The notes beneath the pieces were generated by a model. The model saw nothing but the letters and a program-made list of their open reading frames with translations. It made no database searches and was not told where the DNA came from. From assembly GCF_963676685.1 (NCBI RefSeq), contig NC_092350.1, positions 30,318,001 to 30,382,000 on the forward strand: 64,000 nucleotides of DNA. Direction: 5' to 3'. How positions within the stretch are numbered: position 1 is the first letter of the stretch; each line of letters opens with the position of its first letter. Below are positions 1-13,273 of this stretch, piece by piece. Position numbers and translations under genes: made by a program. The DNA is from Mytilus edulis. Lineage: Eukaryota.

Positions 1-33
1 AACAATTCACTTTCATTAATAAACATGATACTA

Positions 34-361
34 TTTATTGGAACAGTGTGATTCTAAAACTTGATTATCATAACTTTCAGAGAAGTATAAACACTGTTTA
101 CTAATTTTGTTTGACTCGTAGATTGATTTCCAAATTCCGACAAAATCATTCGAAATTTGAATATTAATGATTACAGATAGTTCACTTCAAGAATTTGATC
201 TTATATTCCATGGAGAGAGACACTAACATTCCTAATTCCGTTGACTAGTGTAACAGTTCTATCATATATCAGTCATTTATTATGAAGCTGAGAATAGTGA
301 CCTATATCAGTGGCTCATCCATACATAGGGAGTGACCCTCAATTAGGTACGGTGACTTCAT
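34..361 (-). other. Candidate terminal exon of the secreted-protein gene (completes Gly codon, TGA at 358-360, then 3'UTR)
   Basis: Acceptor acgcag|ATGA gives ...YCG-stop. AATAAA on the minus strand at 34-39. The gene could instead continue beyond the window. Confidence 0.35.
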
Positions 362-729
362 CTGCGTTGTCAAAGTTATTATTAATTTTTGGTATACTAT
401 AGTTTAACCTACAATGAATATAAACAAACACTCAAGATGTACAAGTTATAATGATTTACTCTAAATCAAGGATTCAATTTGTCTTGAACATGCATGAACT
501 ACTTGCCACTGGACGTTAATCAACTGATAACCAGCAATTAATTAATCAAGCAATGATAGGGATGGAATTATATTCCTCTGGTTCATCGTACATTGTAGCA
601 AGTTTGGGAGAATTGTAATTCCTTTGAGTAAACAAGTCATTAGCAGATAGAACTACAATATTTTAAATCATCACATTTCACTCAAAACTTTTATCACTTC
701 TAATTGCTTATCAAATATTAATATCTTAC

Positions 730-825
730 CCGCAGTATCTCTCCGCCTGTTCATATGCAGCCTGAATTTTCAAGGCAATGGTAGATTTACCTTTAAAGAC
801 GTCCCTCCCAGCCTTTTTAACTTGT
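730..825 (-). CDS. Secreted cationic protein, internal exon (QVKKAGRDVFKGKSTIALKIQAAYEQAERYC)
   Basis: Acceptor ttacag, donor GTAAG, 96 nt, phase 2-2. C-terminal part resembles exon 13166-13273 (IEKAFKLADRYC vs IQAAYEQAERYC). Confidence 0.65.
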
Positions 826-922
826 CTGTAATTTATTTAATGCACATTTAAGTCCTTTTTTATTCGTCAAATACGAATTCGAACAAATTAGTTTCTTTCA
901 TTTTGCATAATAAAACTCAGAA

Positions 923-1226
923 AACAAGAATGTGTCCCCAGTACACGAATGCCCCACTCGCACTATCATTTTCTATGTTCAGTGGACCGTGAAATTGGGA
1001 CAAACCCTCTAATTTGGCATTAAAATTTAAAAGATCATATCATAGGGAACATGTATACTACGTTTGAAGTCGATTGGACTTCAACTTCATCAAAAACTAC
1101 CTCGACCAAAACTTTAACCTGAAGCGGGACAGACGGACGAACGAACGGACGAACGAACAGACGGACGAACGGACGCACAGACCAGAAAACATAATGCCCC
1201 TCTACTATCGTAGGTGGGGCATACAA
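923..1226 (+). mobile_element. HINE/pearl-like non-autonomous element (Helentron-associated type), one core unit
   Basis: Starts AACAAGAATGTGTCC, ~160-bp core, (GACG/GAAC)n microsatellite, 3' palindrome ATGCCCC...GGGGCAT. Second copy at 1923-2375. Confidence 0.7.
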
Positions 1227-1922
1227 ATAATATTGAATGATTAATTCCGAGTTTGAATAAAACTTTTCCTCCCCTAGACAAACAAGTCATACAAAAAGCA
1301 AGAGGCTGTAATGAGTTTTCGTCGTTCACCATGGTCTATATGCACTTTGAACTATCGACACTCTCTAACATAGAATAGAATTCATGACAAAATTCTTGTT
1401 TTAGTTGATTTTGTATTACTGATAATTTTTTCTGTTTATAATTTCTATCGATATTTTTTTTTTTTTTTTTTTTTACCAAAAAACAAAACAAAAAAGTGTA
1501 TGAAATTTTTATTTGAGGGCAATCAATTCATTCCGATTCTAGTACTAATACTGTCTATAAAAGATGGACGAAAGGTACCAGAGGGACACTCAAACTCATA
1601 AGTCGAAAATAAACTGGCTAAAAAGTAAAAGACCAACAGACAAACCATAGTAAACATAACACAAACATTAGAAATATGTTTTATACGAGATACCTCAATG
1701 ATGAATGTACTAAATGAATGAATTTGACAAGTAGTTTTACAGGAGAAAATTTTTGTAAAAGTTAGCAGACACAAACGGATGTCGACGGAAGCCGGACGAC
1801 GAACGCCAAGTGAAGAGAAATGCTCACTTGGCCCTTTTTGGCTGATGAGCCAAAAAGGATTAATACAGTATAAATGCTACTGATATTCGCATGTAAACAA
1901 TGCAATAGTTATTATACTATCT

Positions 1923-2375
1923 AACAAGAATGTGTCCAAAGTACACGGATGCCCCACTCGCACTATCATTTTACATGTTCAATGGACCGTGAAATTGGGT
2001 AAAAAATCTAATTTGGCATTTAAATTATAAAGATCATATCATATGGAACATGTGTACTAAGTTTCAAGTTGATTGGACTTAAACTTCATCAAAAACTACC
2101 TTGACCAAAAACTTTAACCTTAAACTCCCACTTTCTTTTATTATGTTCAGTGGACCGTAAAATTGGGTTCAAAAGACTAATTTGGCTTTAAAATTAAAAA
2201 GATGATAATTATCATAAGCAACAAGTGTACTAAGTTTCAAATGATTGGACTTCACCTTCATCAAAAACTACCTTGACCAAAAACTTTAACCTGAACGGAC
2301 GGACGCACAGACGCACGAACAGACGAACGGAGCCACAGACCAGAAAACATAATGCCCGTAGGTGGGGCATAAAAA
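1923..2375 (+). mobile_element. HINE/pearl-like element, copy with two tandem core units
   Basis: Same termini as 923-1226. The core (atgttcagtggaccg...accaaaaactttaacct) is present twice, followed by the microsatellite and terminal palindrome. Confidence 0.7.
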
Positions 2376-5300
2376 AGAAAATCCTTGTTGTAACTAGGTG
2401 CTCAATGTCAACGTCAATGTGTATATATATTTGTAACGCTTCTCATTTTGCAAGCATTGTTCGAGTAAGGGTGTAAAATGGGACATTTAACCTACTGTAT
2501 AATAAAAGAATAATATTGACAACTAGGATTTATCATGTTCTCAGTTGAACCAGGAAGAATTAAGCATGTTACAATTCCGAAATAAAGTCCACTGAAACCC
2601 ACAGACAAGCATGGAAATAACATAGGAATTACAAAAACTCCTAATGAAGTGAGACTGGGGATAGAACGAATAAGATTCTCCAACATTACATGTCTATATT
2701 GGCATATGCAAACACGCAAATTCAATAACAAAATCTTATTCTAACATAATCGATTAGCAAATGATGAATATAATTTTATCAAGAAAAAACATATATTTAG
2801 AATAACAAAATTCAATTTTTAAATGAAATTATGGTTGTTTTTGAAATTTGAGTACTCTCATATATGTAATTAAGTGTCTTTTTTTAGATGTATTTATGTT
2901 TGTACCCATCTAATGAGTTAAACCTTTTTCAACTGATTTTATTGTTCGTTCTTATGTTGTACTGTTATACCACTGTCCCAGGTTAGGGAGAGAGTTGAGT
3001 GCCCGTTTACATGTTTAACCCTGCAACATAGTGTGTGTATGTGCCTTTCCCAAGTCAGGAGCCTTTAATTCAGTGGTTGTCGTTTGTTGCTGTGTAACAT
3101 ATTGTTTTCGTTCATTTCTTTTCTTCATAAATTGGACTGTTAGTTACCAATTTTCAATTGTTTTACATTTGTCATTTCGGGGCCTATAATGAGTATTTGG
3201 TTTGCGCATTGTTGAAAGCTGTACGGTGACATATAGTGTCATTTGGTTTCTTGTGGAGAGTTATTTCATTGACAATCATGCCACATCTTCTTTTGTTTTA
3301 TACAGGCTTAAAAACACAGTGATCACCAAATACTAGAAACAAAAGTCGTATTCATTTTAATGATAGATATATATCTTAATATTTGAACCTAGCTATCTTG
3401 GTTTTGCTTATGTTCGGACTTAAAAGAGTAAAAATTACGTAATGTACGTAATGAGGAGGAATTTTTATTATGAAATGAATTACTTAAGGTTGATGGATAA
3501 ATGGTTTTCTTGGTATCTTTTTCGAGGCTTATTTCCGAAGAATAAAAAAGAATTATCATTAATTTCGCCAAGAAAACTCTATACACCATGTTTTCTTCTT
3601 ATTGGTGTTGTGCGGTTTATATACTCGCTTAAGGTCTAGTTAATATAGATTATAACACTATGTACATCGAGTGTAATACAGTATTTCTCCAATTGATTCA
3701 GTTGATAGATACAATTTTAAACGTTAATATTCGGGGGTTGAAACTATTTCTCTTAAATAATGATTTTTAGACGTAAGGAAGACAGCCTCCAACTTTTCTT
3801 TTCAATGATCGAGAAATAGGTGTGTTCTTTGTATGTGCCTTGCGTCAGTTAGTGTTGTGGGAAACTGTTGAGAATCGCGACTTGATATATTTCTAGTAGT
3901 CTTGTCTTTGTAATTTATCAATGTGTTACATTTTCTATGTTTGATTTTCCATCAGCTGCAAATCCTTTCATTTTTTTCTTAGGTATTGTTGATATATTTG
4001 TATTGTTTTATATTATTTCGAAGAATCAGTAAAAGACATACCTAGGCATAGAAAACTTTGGCAGTAAAAATTTGAGTCTTTCATCAACCTTCACACTGTT
4101 ACTTCTTAGCGTTGACCTTTCACTAGGGAGAAGGCATTTATTCTCAGTGCCATCAACATAAACTACACTATACAATACTGATAAAAGTACTGCATATTCC
4201 TGAAAAACAATGAAAACTCCCTATTACCGGCTATTGGTAGTGAATATACACCATATAATATATCAAACGAGACGGTTTTTTTTCGACACAGAAGGTATGT
4301 AGATATAAATAAAAATATATGTCAAAGTGCCAATGAGAAAACTCTCAATCCAAAACACAATGTATAAAAAGTATGTAATTATAGGTCAAAGTACGGCTTT
4401 CAACACGGAGCCTTGACCATACACATTTTTTAGCTGTAATACAATACTGCGACTTCTAGTATCATGAACAGCTACCCATTTTGTCTACTCTTAAAAAAAA
4501 AGAATATGGAACACAAGTTTTACTCTTTGGATAATTATGCTCTTGTAATCATTGACCCTTTCTGTGTTCATGTGATCTGATTTTGTTAGCTTAGGTAGTT
4601 CTTCAGTCATGCACATTAGCCCTCATTGTCTTACAATCATACCACTTCAACCAGTTATATTAAAAAGTAATTAAATTATATAAAACGATAAACTGAGAGC
4701 TCCGATTAAATATCGTCTAGTGGGCAATATTTCAGTCACATTTAAGGCGATAATTTGATATCATATGTTCATGAACGGTACTTTGTACAAAACTTTATTT
4801 CAAATTTTAAAAAGTATATCTAGATTATCAAATACAAATCAGAAAATTAAGTAAAAATTCTTACCTTCAAATGCATAATGTCTCGTTTCTTTTTCTACTT
4901 TTGTGAATTTATGCATGTTTATTTTCATACCTAATGTGCTTGTTCAAACTGTTGCAGGATATGAACTTTGTTGTAAAGTAAATCATCTTAACTACATACG
5001 GTTGATTTGTAATTTATAAATTCTCATATATCTAATATATTATGACTTACGTATTAATATAAGTAATTTATTCATTTAGCTAGGAATTTGAACACTGCAT
5101 ATATAATGTAGAATATGCAATACAGTATATCTATAAATAATAAACGCACAAATCCTTGTGTACTTTTGACTTGTAGACGACGTTATTTTCACTGTACCAT
5201 CTGCTTGAAGCAGGAACTATGTAAATCGTTTTCAATGAAATTTTTCTTTCATCTCAAAAAATGTAACAGAAAAGAAAGGATTTGGCGAATTTTTAAAACA

Positions 5301-6219
5301 TGAGCTCAACTTTATGTTGAATGCAAATATAATAGTTATAATTCGCTCATGATTATATGTTTGGCAAGAGCACCTAGTTATCTCAAAGTTTTTTGGGCGT
5401 GATTTTGTTCCTTGTCATATGATAAAAATTCAAGAACTTGTGTTTCTTACATAAAAGAAATGAAGTTAAAGGTTTCAAACAACAAAGATAAAGTAAATCC
5501 CTCGGAAATATTATGAACGCCACCATGATTTCGATGACTTTATGGCCAAGTACCAATATCTATACATATATGAAAGAACGCAGCTAATATGTTGAACTTT
5601 TTGTAATAACAATACCTTTCTAGTTTAATCGATTGCAGCATCCCAGAGTTCGTCTTGTTTTTGTAGTTGTTTTCTCACCTCAGAGTAAAGATTTTCGTAC
5701 GCTTTTACTGTTTTTAATGCTGTTTCATTGTTATTTACTTCTGTGGTTGTCCGTTATTTTTTTATTTATAGTTTTTGCTTGCAAAATGTTATCGGTTTCC
5801 TCTTTTTTAAAGTATTGATATATATTTTAAATTTGCATCGATAAGACATCTTATTTTTCGTTTTTGTTGTCAATATTATGGAATTCCATGCAAATGTCGT
5901 ACAGGTGAGAGATTAAGCTAGCTATAAAATCAGGTTTAACCGACCATTTTCTAGATAAGAAAATGCCTGTACCAAGTCAGACTATGACAATTGTTTACCC
6001 TTCGTTTGATGTTTATGAGCTTTTGATTTGCGAATTGATATTGGACTTTCCGTTTTGAATAATAATAATAATAATAATAAATTCTTTATTTAAAGAGGGT
6101 AAACTCAGTTAGTGAATGGCCATTGGAGTGCTGTATATTTGCAATTTTACTTTTTAAATACTTCATTTCATTATACTAATGTTGAAATTGTTTTCCCACG
6201 ACTTCAAGTTGTTGTCGTT

Positions 6220-6665
6220 ATACATTCTGATTTCGAACCTGTTTTAGGACATTTATTGGTAGATACCTGAACCAAAACATGTTTTATGACATTGTCTGTT
6301 TTTCTATGTAAAAAAAAAATGCTTGTGGACACTTTTCGGTAGCTCTCTGTACCAGAAGATGTTTTAGAACATGTGTCAGTAGTTGTCGATACCGGAAGTT
6401 TTAGAACATTTTGCAGTATATTTATGCAACAAAAATGTTTACGACATCTAGTTCTCTGTACAAAAGATGTCTTAGAAAACATTTGCCTGTAGTTTTGTCT
6501 TCTAGAACCTGTTTTTGGACATCTGTCAGTAGGTTTCGGTATATGAAAATGTTTAATGACAGTTGGCAGCAATTCTGTGTGCTAGAACTTTAGGACTGTG
6601 TCTGTAGTTCAACGTAAAATAACCTGCTTAATGATACTTGCCAGTAGCTTTCTGTACAAGATGAT
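6220..6665 (+). repeat. Degenerate left flank of the 40/41-bp satellite
   Basis: Recurrent TTTTAGRACATYTGTCAGTAG-like motifs. Explains spurious ORFs 6204-6572 and 6411-6593. Confidence 0.75.
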
Positions 6666-6679
6666 GCTTTATTTTTGTA

Positions 6680-6872
6680 CATAAAATAGGCCGTTAGTTT
6701 TCGCGTTTGAATTGTTTTACATTGTCACTTCGGGGCCTTTTATGGCTGACTATGCGGTATGGGCTCATTGTTAAAGGCCGTACAGTGACCTATAGTTGTA
6801 AATTTCTGTGTCATTTGGTCTCTTGTGGAGAGTTTTCTCATTGGCTGTCATACCACATCTTCTTTTTTATAT
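6680..6872 (+). mobile_element. Abundant non-autonomous interspersed repeat (family A, possibly Helitron-type)
   Basis: GGCCGTTAGTTTTC...GGCCGTACGGTGACCTATAG...CATACCACATCTTC. Related copies at ~2850-3300, 4315-4420(-), 19052-19248, 20885-21135(-), 25655-25890(-), 27480-27985, 28070-28170, 28440-28695, 44715-45150(-), 59375-59495. Confidence 0.7.
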
Positions 6873-6875
6873 TTA

Positions 6876-8712
6876 TGACATATGTTACTAGTTCTCTGTA
6901 CAATAACCAGCTTTAGGACATATGTCAGTAGTTCTCTGTATAACAACCAGCTTTATGACATATGCCAGTAGTTCACTGTACCTGATCCTGATTTAGGACA
7001 TATGTCAGTAGTTCTCTGTACAAAAACCAGCTTTAGGACATATGTCAGTAGTTCTCTGTACAATAACCTGCTTTAGGACATATGTCAGTAGTTCTCTGTA
7101 CAATACCCAGCTTTAGAACATATGTCAGTAGTTCTCTGTACAATAACCAGCTTTAGAACATATGTCACTAGTTCTCTATACAATAACCAGCTTTAGAACG
7201 GTCAGTAGTTCTCTGTACAATAACCAGCTTTAGAACATATGTCAGTAGTTCTCTGTTCAATAACCTGCTTTAGGACATATGTAAGTAGTTCTCTGTACAA
7301 TAACCAGGTTTATGAGATATGTCAGTAGTTCTCTGTACAATAACCAGGTTTATGACATATGTCAGTAGTTCTCTGTACAATAACCTGCTTTAGGACATAT
7401 GTCAGTAGTTCTGTGTACAATAACCTGCTTTAGGACATATGTCACTAGTTCTCTGTACAATAACCAGGTTTAGGACATATATCAGTAGTTCTCTGTACAA
7501 TAACCAGCTTTAGAACATATGTCAGTAGTTCTCTGTTCAATAACCTGCTTTAGGACATATGTAAGTAGTTCTCTGTACAATAACCAGGTTTATGAGATAT
7601 GTCAGTAGTTCTCTGTACAATAACCAGGTTTATGACATATGTCAGTAGTTCTCTGTACAATAACCTGCTTTAGGACATATGTCAGTAGTTCTGTGTACAA
7701 TAACCTGCTTTAGGACATATGTCACTAGTTCTCTGTACAATAACCAGGTTTAGGACATATATCAGTAGTTCTCTGTACAATAACCTGCTTTAGAACATAT
7801 GTCAGTAGTTCTCTGTACAATAACCAAGTTTAGGACATATGTCAGTAGTTCTCTGTACAATAACCTGCTTTAGAACATATGTCACTAGTTCTCTGTACAA
7901 TAACCAGGTTTAGGACTTATATCAGTAGTTCTCTGTACAATAACCAGCTTTTGGAAATATGTCGGTAGTTCTCTGTACAATAACCTGCTTTAGGTATTAT
8001 GCCACTAGTTCTCTGTACAATAACCAGGTTTAGGACATATATCAGTAGTTCTCTGTACAATAACCTGCTTTAGAACATATGTCAGTAGTTCTCTGTACAA
8101 TAACCTGCTTTAGGACATATGTCAGTAGTTCTCTGTACAATAACCTGCTTTAGGACATATGTCACTAGTTCTCTGTACAATAACCAGGTTTAGGACTTAT
8201 ATCAGTAGTTCTCTGTACAATAACCAGCTTTTGGAAATATGTCGGTAGTTCTCTGTACAATAACCTGCTTTAGGTATTATGCCACTAGTTCTCTGTACAA
8301 TAACCTGCTTTAGAACATATGTCACTAGTTCTCTGTACAATAACCAGGTTTAGGACTTATATCAGTAGTTCTCTGTACAATAACCAGCTTTTGGAAATAT
8401 GTCGGTAGTTCTCTGTACAATAACCTGCTTTAGGTATTATGCCACTAGTTCTCTGTACAATAACCAGGTTTAGGACATATATCAGTAGTTCTCTGTACAA
8501 TAACCTGCTTTAGAACATATGTCAGTAGTTCTCTGTACAATAACCTGCTTTAGGACATATGTCAGTAGTTCTCTGTACAATAACCTGCTTTAGGACATAT
8601 GTCACTAGTTCTCTGTACAACAACCAGGTTTTGGACTTATATCAGTAGTTCTCTGTACAATAACCAGCTTTTGGAAATATGTCGGTAGTTCTCTGTACAA
8701 TAACCTGCTTTA
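6876..8712 (+). repeat. 40-bp tandem satellite (TTTAGGACATATGTCAGTAGTTCTCTGTACAATAACCWGC), about 45 homogeneous units
   Basis: Direct 40-bp periodicity. Degenerate units flank it at ~6220-6665 and ~9178-10170. Confidence 0.95.
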
Positions 8713-9177
8713 GGTATTATGCCACTTAATAATAGTACGTCACATCCGGTTGCATGAAAATAGGTCGAAAAAAACATTTCCTTGAATTTGGCAGTTGTAG
8801 GTAATAAGTCCTACTATTCGTTGCATTAACACATTTCTGGGTCATAAACATGTATCTTGAGTGTTTCAAAGCACCAATATTTTATTCATTTGGCGTTTCT
8901 ATAGAATATTTTGTAAACTTGAAGTTACATGGTGTCTAAACCTTGTACGCATGTTAAAAAGAGGTGAACATTTGATTGGTTTACTTCCAGTGATGGTCAT
9001 TTTCTTATATTGAATGGAATGTTATGTGATTTTTTTTCCCTATTGTATTAAACAGGATAAAACTTTACTCATGCTAAGTATTTCTTTATTTGAAACAAAG
9101 ATAAATTCTGCACAATTTTTTGAAAAGTGCAAATTAAACATTGACTAATAGGGGAAAATCAATGATGGCATTTCACC
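8713..9177. mobile_element. Kolobok-like non-autonomous DNA transposon inserted in the satellite
   Basis: Begins GGTATTATGCCAC, ends ATGGCATTTCACC (imperfect TIR). TTTA is duplicated on both sides, and the satellite unit resumes in register. Confidence 0.6.
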
Positions 9178-10170
9178 TTTAGTACATATGTCAGTAGTTC
9201 ACTGTACCAGAACCTGCTTTAGGACATATGTTAGAAGTTATCTGTATCAAAACCAGTTTAGGACATTTGCCTAAGGTTCTCTGTACCTGATACTGCAATA
9301 GGACTTTGTCAGTATTTATTTGTATAAAACCGTTTAGGACATTTGTCAGTAGTTATCTGTACTTGATCTTGCCATATGACATTTGTCAGTAGTTATCTGT
9401 ACTTGATCCTGCCATATGACATTTGTCAGTAGTTATCTTTACTTGATCCTGCCATATGGCATTTGTCAGTAGTTATCTGTACTTGATACTGCCATATGAC
9501 ATTATTAAGGACGTTGTCAGTAGTCTTCTGTTCCCGATCCTGCTGTAGGAAGTTTGTCATTAGTTATCTGTATCCAACCCTGTTTAGGACATTTATCAGT
9601 AGTGTTCTGTACCAGTGTCAGTTGTTTTATGTTAAAAAACTAGTTTTATGATTATTTAGGTTGTTCTCTCTACCAAAGACTTTGGCAATATTTCTCTGTA
9701 TCGAAGATGCTTTAGGACATTTGCAATAGTTCTGGATACCAGAGTAGTTATTTGTGCTAGAATCTGCTTTATGCGATCTGTCAGTTGTTCTCTGTACCAA
9801 AACTAGTTTTAGGGCAGTGTCGGTTTTTATATGTAAAATAACCTACTTTTGGACACTTGTCAGTATCTTTTTGTACTAGAAGATGTTTTAGGAAATCAGT
9901 CAGTAGTTTTCGATATCGGAACCTGTTTTAGGACATTTGTCAGTAGTTTACTATATCAAAGATGGGTTAGAGCATTTGTTAGTATTTCGCTATACAATAC
10001 CCTGCTTTAGGACATTTGTAGTGTAGTTCTCTGCACACAAACCTATTTAGTACATTGTTTAAGAAATTCTTTGTACCACAACTAACCGATTTAAGAGCAT
10101 TGTCATTTGTTTTGTGTAAAAGAATCTGCTGTAGAACATTTGTGAGTATCTCTCTGTACAAGAAGATGTT
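9178..10170 (+). repeat. Degenerate older portion of the 40/41-bp satellite
   Basis: Recurrent TTTAGGACATTTGTCAGTAGTT-like motifs at about 41-bp spacing, with a short 41-bp sub-array at ~9340-9500. Confidence 0.8.
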
Positions 10171-10904
10171 TCACGATACTTGATTGTTGTTCTGTGTGTT
10201 ATTCTTTGCTAATGTTTTTTTATGGATAGTGAAAATCAGATAATTCTGCGTTTCCTTAATGTCGAAAGTGTTGTTTATTCAATAATAACTGACAATGATT
10301 AACATCGATACCTGCTTAACAATGGAAACATATTTGCTTTCTAAAAAGCTTTAGATGTGAGGAAATGAATAATGTGCTGAAAGTGCTTTCTGAATGAACG
10401 TTTCCTTTGAAAGAAGTATAATAATAACCTCTTTACCAAACTAAATAAGGTGTTTATTTTCATGGATAGTAAGGGGAACAAGAATATGTTACAACTCTTT
10501 TTATGCCATTTCTGTGTATCTAAATCAAAGGAAAAATGATTTTTTAAATCGTTTATTACGTAGTATGTTTACACGTTAATTGACTACACTCACAACAGCG
10601 TGATACCGTTAAAACTTCTTTCACAATATCGATTTTGTTACCCCTTTTACAGATAGCGTAAAACGGAATGTCTACAAAACTGGATAGTTGACAAATATAT
10701 TTTACTACAGGAACAGCTTTAGGATCTGGGTGATCTTCACCAAGGGCACATTTTCCACTGTGAAAAAAATATATTTAAAAAAAATCAAGACAATATTTGA
10801 ATATTAAACTGATTCAATTTTTCTTAATCACTGAGATGTAATCATTTGTAACGTTGCCTGACAATATCTAAGTAATATAACACTTTTTGGAGACATGTGT
10901 TAGT

Positions 10905-11090
10905 AAAAAGTAAAATCACAAAAATACTGAACTCCGATGAAATTCAAAACGGAAAGTCCCTAATGAAATGGCAAAAGCAAATGATAAAAGACACTAAACG
11001 AATGGATAACAACTGTCGGATTCCTGATTTTTTACAGGCATTTTCAAATGTAGAAAATGTTGGATTGAACCTGGTTTTATAGCGCTAAAC
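10905..11090 (+). mobile_element. Interspersed repeat family B
   Basis: AAAAGTAAAATCACAAAAATACTGAACTCCG...GGAAAGTCCCTAA. Related copies at ~12022-12160, ~60898-61150 and inverted at ~5850-6060. Confidence 0.65.
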
Positions 11091-11579
11091 CGATCATAGA
11101 AAGTATGGTTCAAACTCCATTTGTCAAAGTTGACCGAAGAGGAAATTGGTTATTCTTGAAATTTTCTTAAATGTCATAGTTTTATATTGTACCAGATTTT
11201 ATTATTATTATTATTGAATTTTACACTTTTATATGTTACTGTAAAATATAAATATAATAGTTATTGTTAACAAGTCGTATGACTATATATGTTATCCTGT
11301 TGAAATCAAGAAAACTAGTGTTATTATTATTACAAAAGATCCTTTATAGGTTCCAAGCAATATCATATCCTTGAATTTCAATTTATTATTTATGGTTGAG
11401 CATTCTGCACAATGAAAGCAAATCTAAAAAACGCTTCGAACACGGCACAAAATTAATAAAAAAAAAACATATTTACATGAGATTTGAGTTTAGGTTACTG
11501 CTCTTAAAAGGTTATTTTGGTTCTTAAGACGAAAATGTGAAATTCATTGCAATATTGAGTGATATTCTGTAATTCATAC

Positions 11580-11765
11580 CTTTCACAGTTATATGTTGGA
11601 CAATTTGGTATCTTCAAAAAGTTCTTAAGAGTATAGCATGCCATCCCATTTTCAGCGATAAAAGTCTCTGGAAATTGCGCTTTGCTCCAACTTCCTGGAC
11701 ACAGTACAGTCTTCTCAAAGTCCTTTACTTTGAATCCAGTAAATGTAGATGTAAATGTTGGCTTT
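11580..11765 (-). CDS. Secreted cationic protein, internal exon (KPTFTSTFTGFKVKDFEKTVLCPGSWSKAQFPETFIAENGMACYTLKNFLKIPNCPTYNCE)
   Basis: Acceptor gttttag, donor GTATGA, 186 nt, phase 2-2. Lies within track ORF 11504-11791. Confidence 0.7.
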
Positions 11766-12409
11766 CTAAAACATAGTAAATTGAGTTGCACATTGTTTTA
11801 CACATCAGTAATTGGCTTTTTGGAACGAAAACCAGTATGCTAGAACTTTTTTTTTCTCAATATCTTTCGGATTGAAATGCTTTGTTATACTGTTTTTTTT
11901 TTTATCATTTATCTTTATCATAATTACCGTGTCAATTTCCATATAATCACAATTATATCACCTATTTGCCTCTACGAATTAAAACATGTTTAAAGGTTAA
12001 AAAATGCAAAACCAACTTCGCAAAAAGTAAAACAACAAAAATACTGAACTCCGAGGAAAATTCTAAACGGAAAGTCCCTAATCACATGGCAAAATCAAAT
12101 GATAAATCATATCAAACGAATGGACAACAACTGTCATATTCCTGACTTGGTACAGGCAAATCATCGCTTACACTTTCAACGCTTTATCAATTAATTCATC
12201 GCAATTTTTGGACTGCTATTTAACACGTGGAAATGCAAATCCATCAATGATTGTCTTACTCGACACGTATGCTTACTATTGTTTAATATAAATATGGTTG
12301 TTTACTGAGCTAACAGAATATCTTAAACCCGGAAGGATGGATAACGTCCAGCGTCAATTTTTAAAACATATTTAGGACGAGAGCATGAAATGTAATATGA
12401 TTATAAACC

Positions 12410-12650
12410 CTTCTTTGTACTGAACCGCCATGCTAATTCGAATTTTAACGTGCTAGTTTACAAGGTGGTCGTCTATAGGAAGACATGTCACCCAAGTTAT
12501 TATGATTATAAGCCGACCAGATTTTTCTCTTACTACTTGATACCGCGCGTCTAGCGGAGAAGCAGAAAATGTTAATTTTGAAGTTGAGGGTTGACTTGGT
12601 TGAGTTCGAACCTAAGGATTCCAACACTCGAGGCAAAATGGTACCACGAA
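12410..12650 (-). mobile_element. Degenerate tRNA-derived SINE
   Basis: Minus strand reads GCCTCGAGTG...GGTTCGAACTC (B-box-like)...TGCTTCTCCGCTA...GACATGTCT...CTAGCAC, resembling mollusc SINEs as I recall them. Confidence 0.5.
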
Positions 12651-13165
12651 ATGCCAATGCGGTGAAAAATTCTACCGAAAGGAGTTCATCTCCGGAATAA
12701 AAAAAACCCCTGAAGACCACTTAGCAGGAAGAAAAAACTTCTGATTTGTCATAGTAAAGTGATATATCATGTTACTTTATAATCTTAAATATTACAACAA
12801 TGCCTTAATTAGTATATAGAATAATGGGCAGATTAAAGTGGTTATCTAAAAAATAATAAAAAAACCAATATCAAGGATGAACTATAAAAGTTCTCAGCAA
12901 CTTGTTTTAAAAAAACATTTTTTTTAAATTTATGACGATTTCATATTGTGTGCTATCCAATCTTTCCAGGTTCCACCATCACTAAAAGATGGCCGCCATG
13001 AAATACCCAACTTTGCAGAAAACGCCGTTAAATACCAAATAATTAATCACTAATACCAGGAACATGTATATTGTGTTTTTTTTTCATATATTTTTCAAAG
13101 AAGACTTTGACTGTATACTGTAATATTTTATACAATGTACTTTTAATGATTATAAATGAACTTAC

Positions 13166-13273
13166 CTACAATATCGATCTGCTAGTTTAAAAGCTTTTTC
13201 TATTTGATTATTTAGGGAACGAAATTTTCTCCTCCTAAACCTTAATCTCTTCATGAAAATATCGAAGTCTCTC
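13166..13273 (-). CDS. Secreted cationic protein, internal exon (RDFDIFMKRLRFRRRKFRSLNNQIEKAFKLADRYC)
   Basis: Acceptor ttttatag, donor GTAAG, 108 nt, symmetric phase 2-2, open frame. Confidence 0.65.

Noticed and set aside
2492-2731. Hydrophobic 79-aa minus-strand ORF as a possible extra exon
   Set aside because: I found no convincing splice sites in compatible phase, and the flanking exons already join in frame without it.
6876-8712. CRISPR-like regular array
   Set aside because: Units are contiguous near-identical monomers with no unique spacers, the context is eukaryotic and there are no cas genes. The same applies to 42520-43829.
12410-12720. tRNA gene, or the 91-aa ORF 12445-12720
   Set aside because: Only a B-box-like remnant with no cloverleaf. 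Better explained as a decayed SINE.
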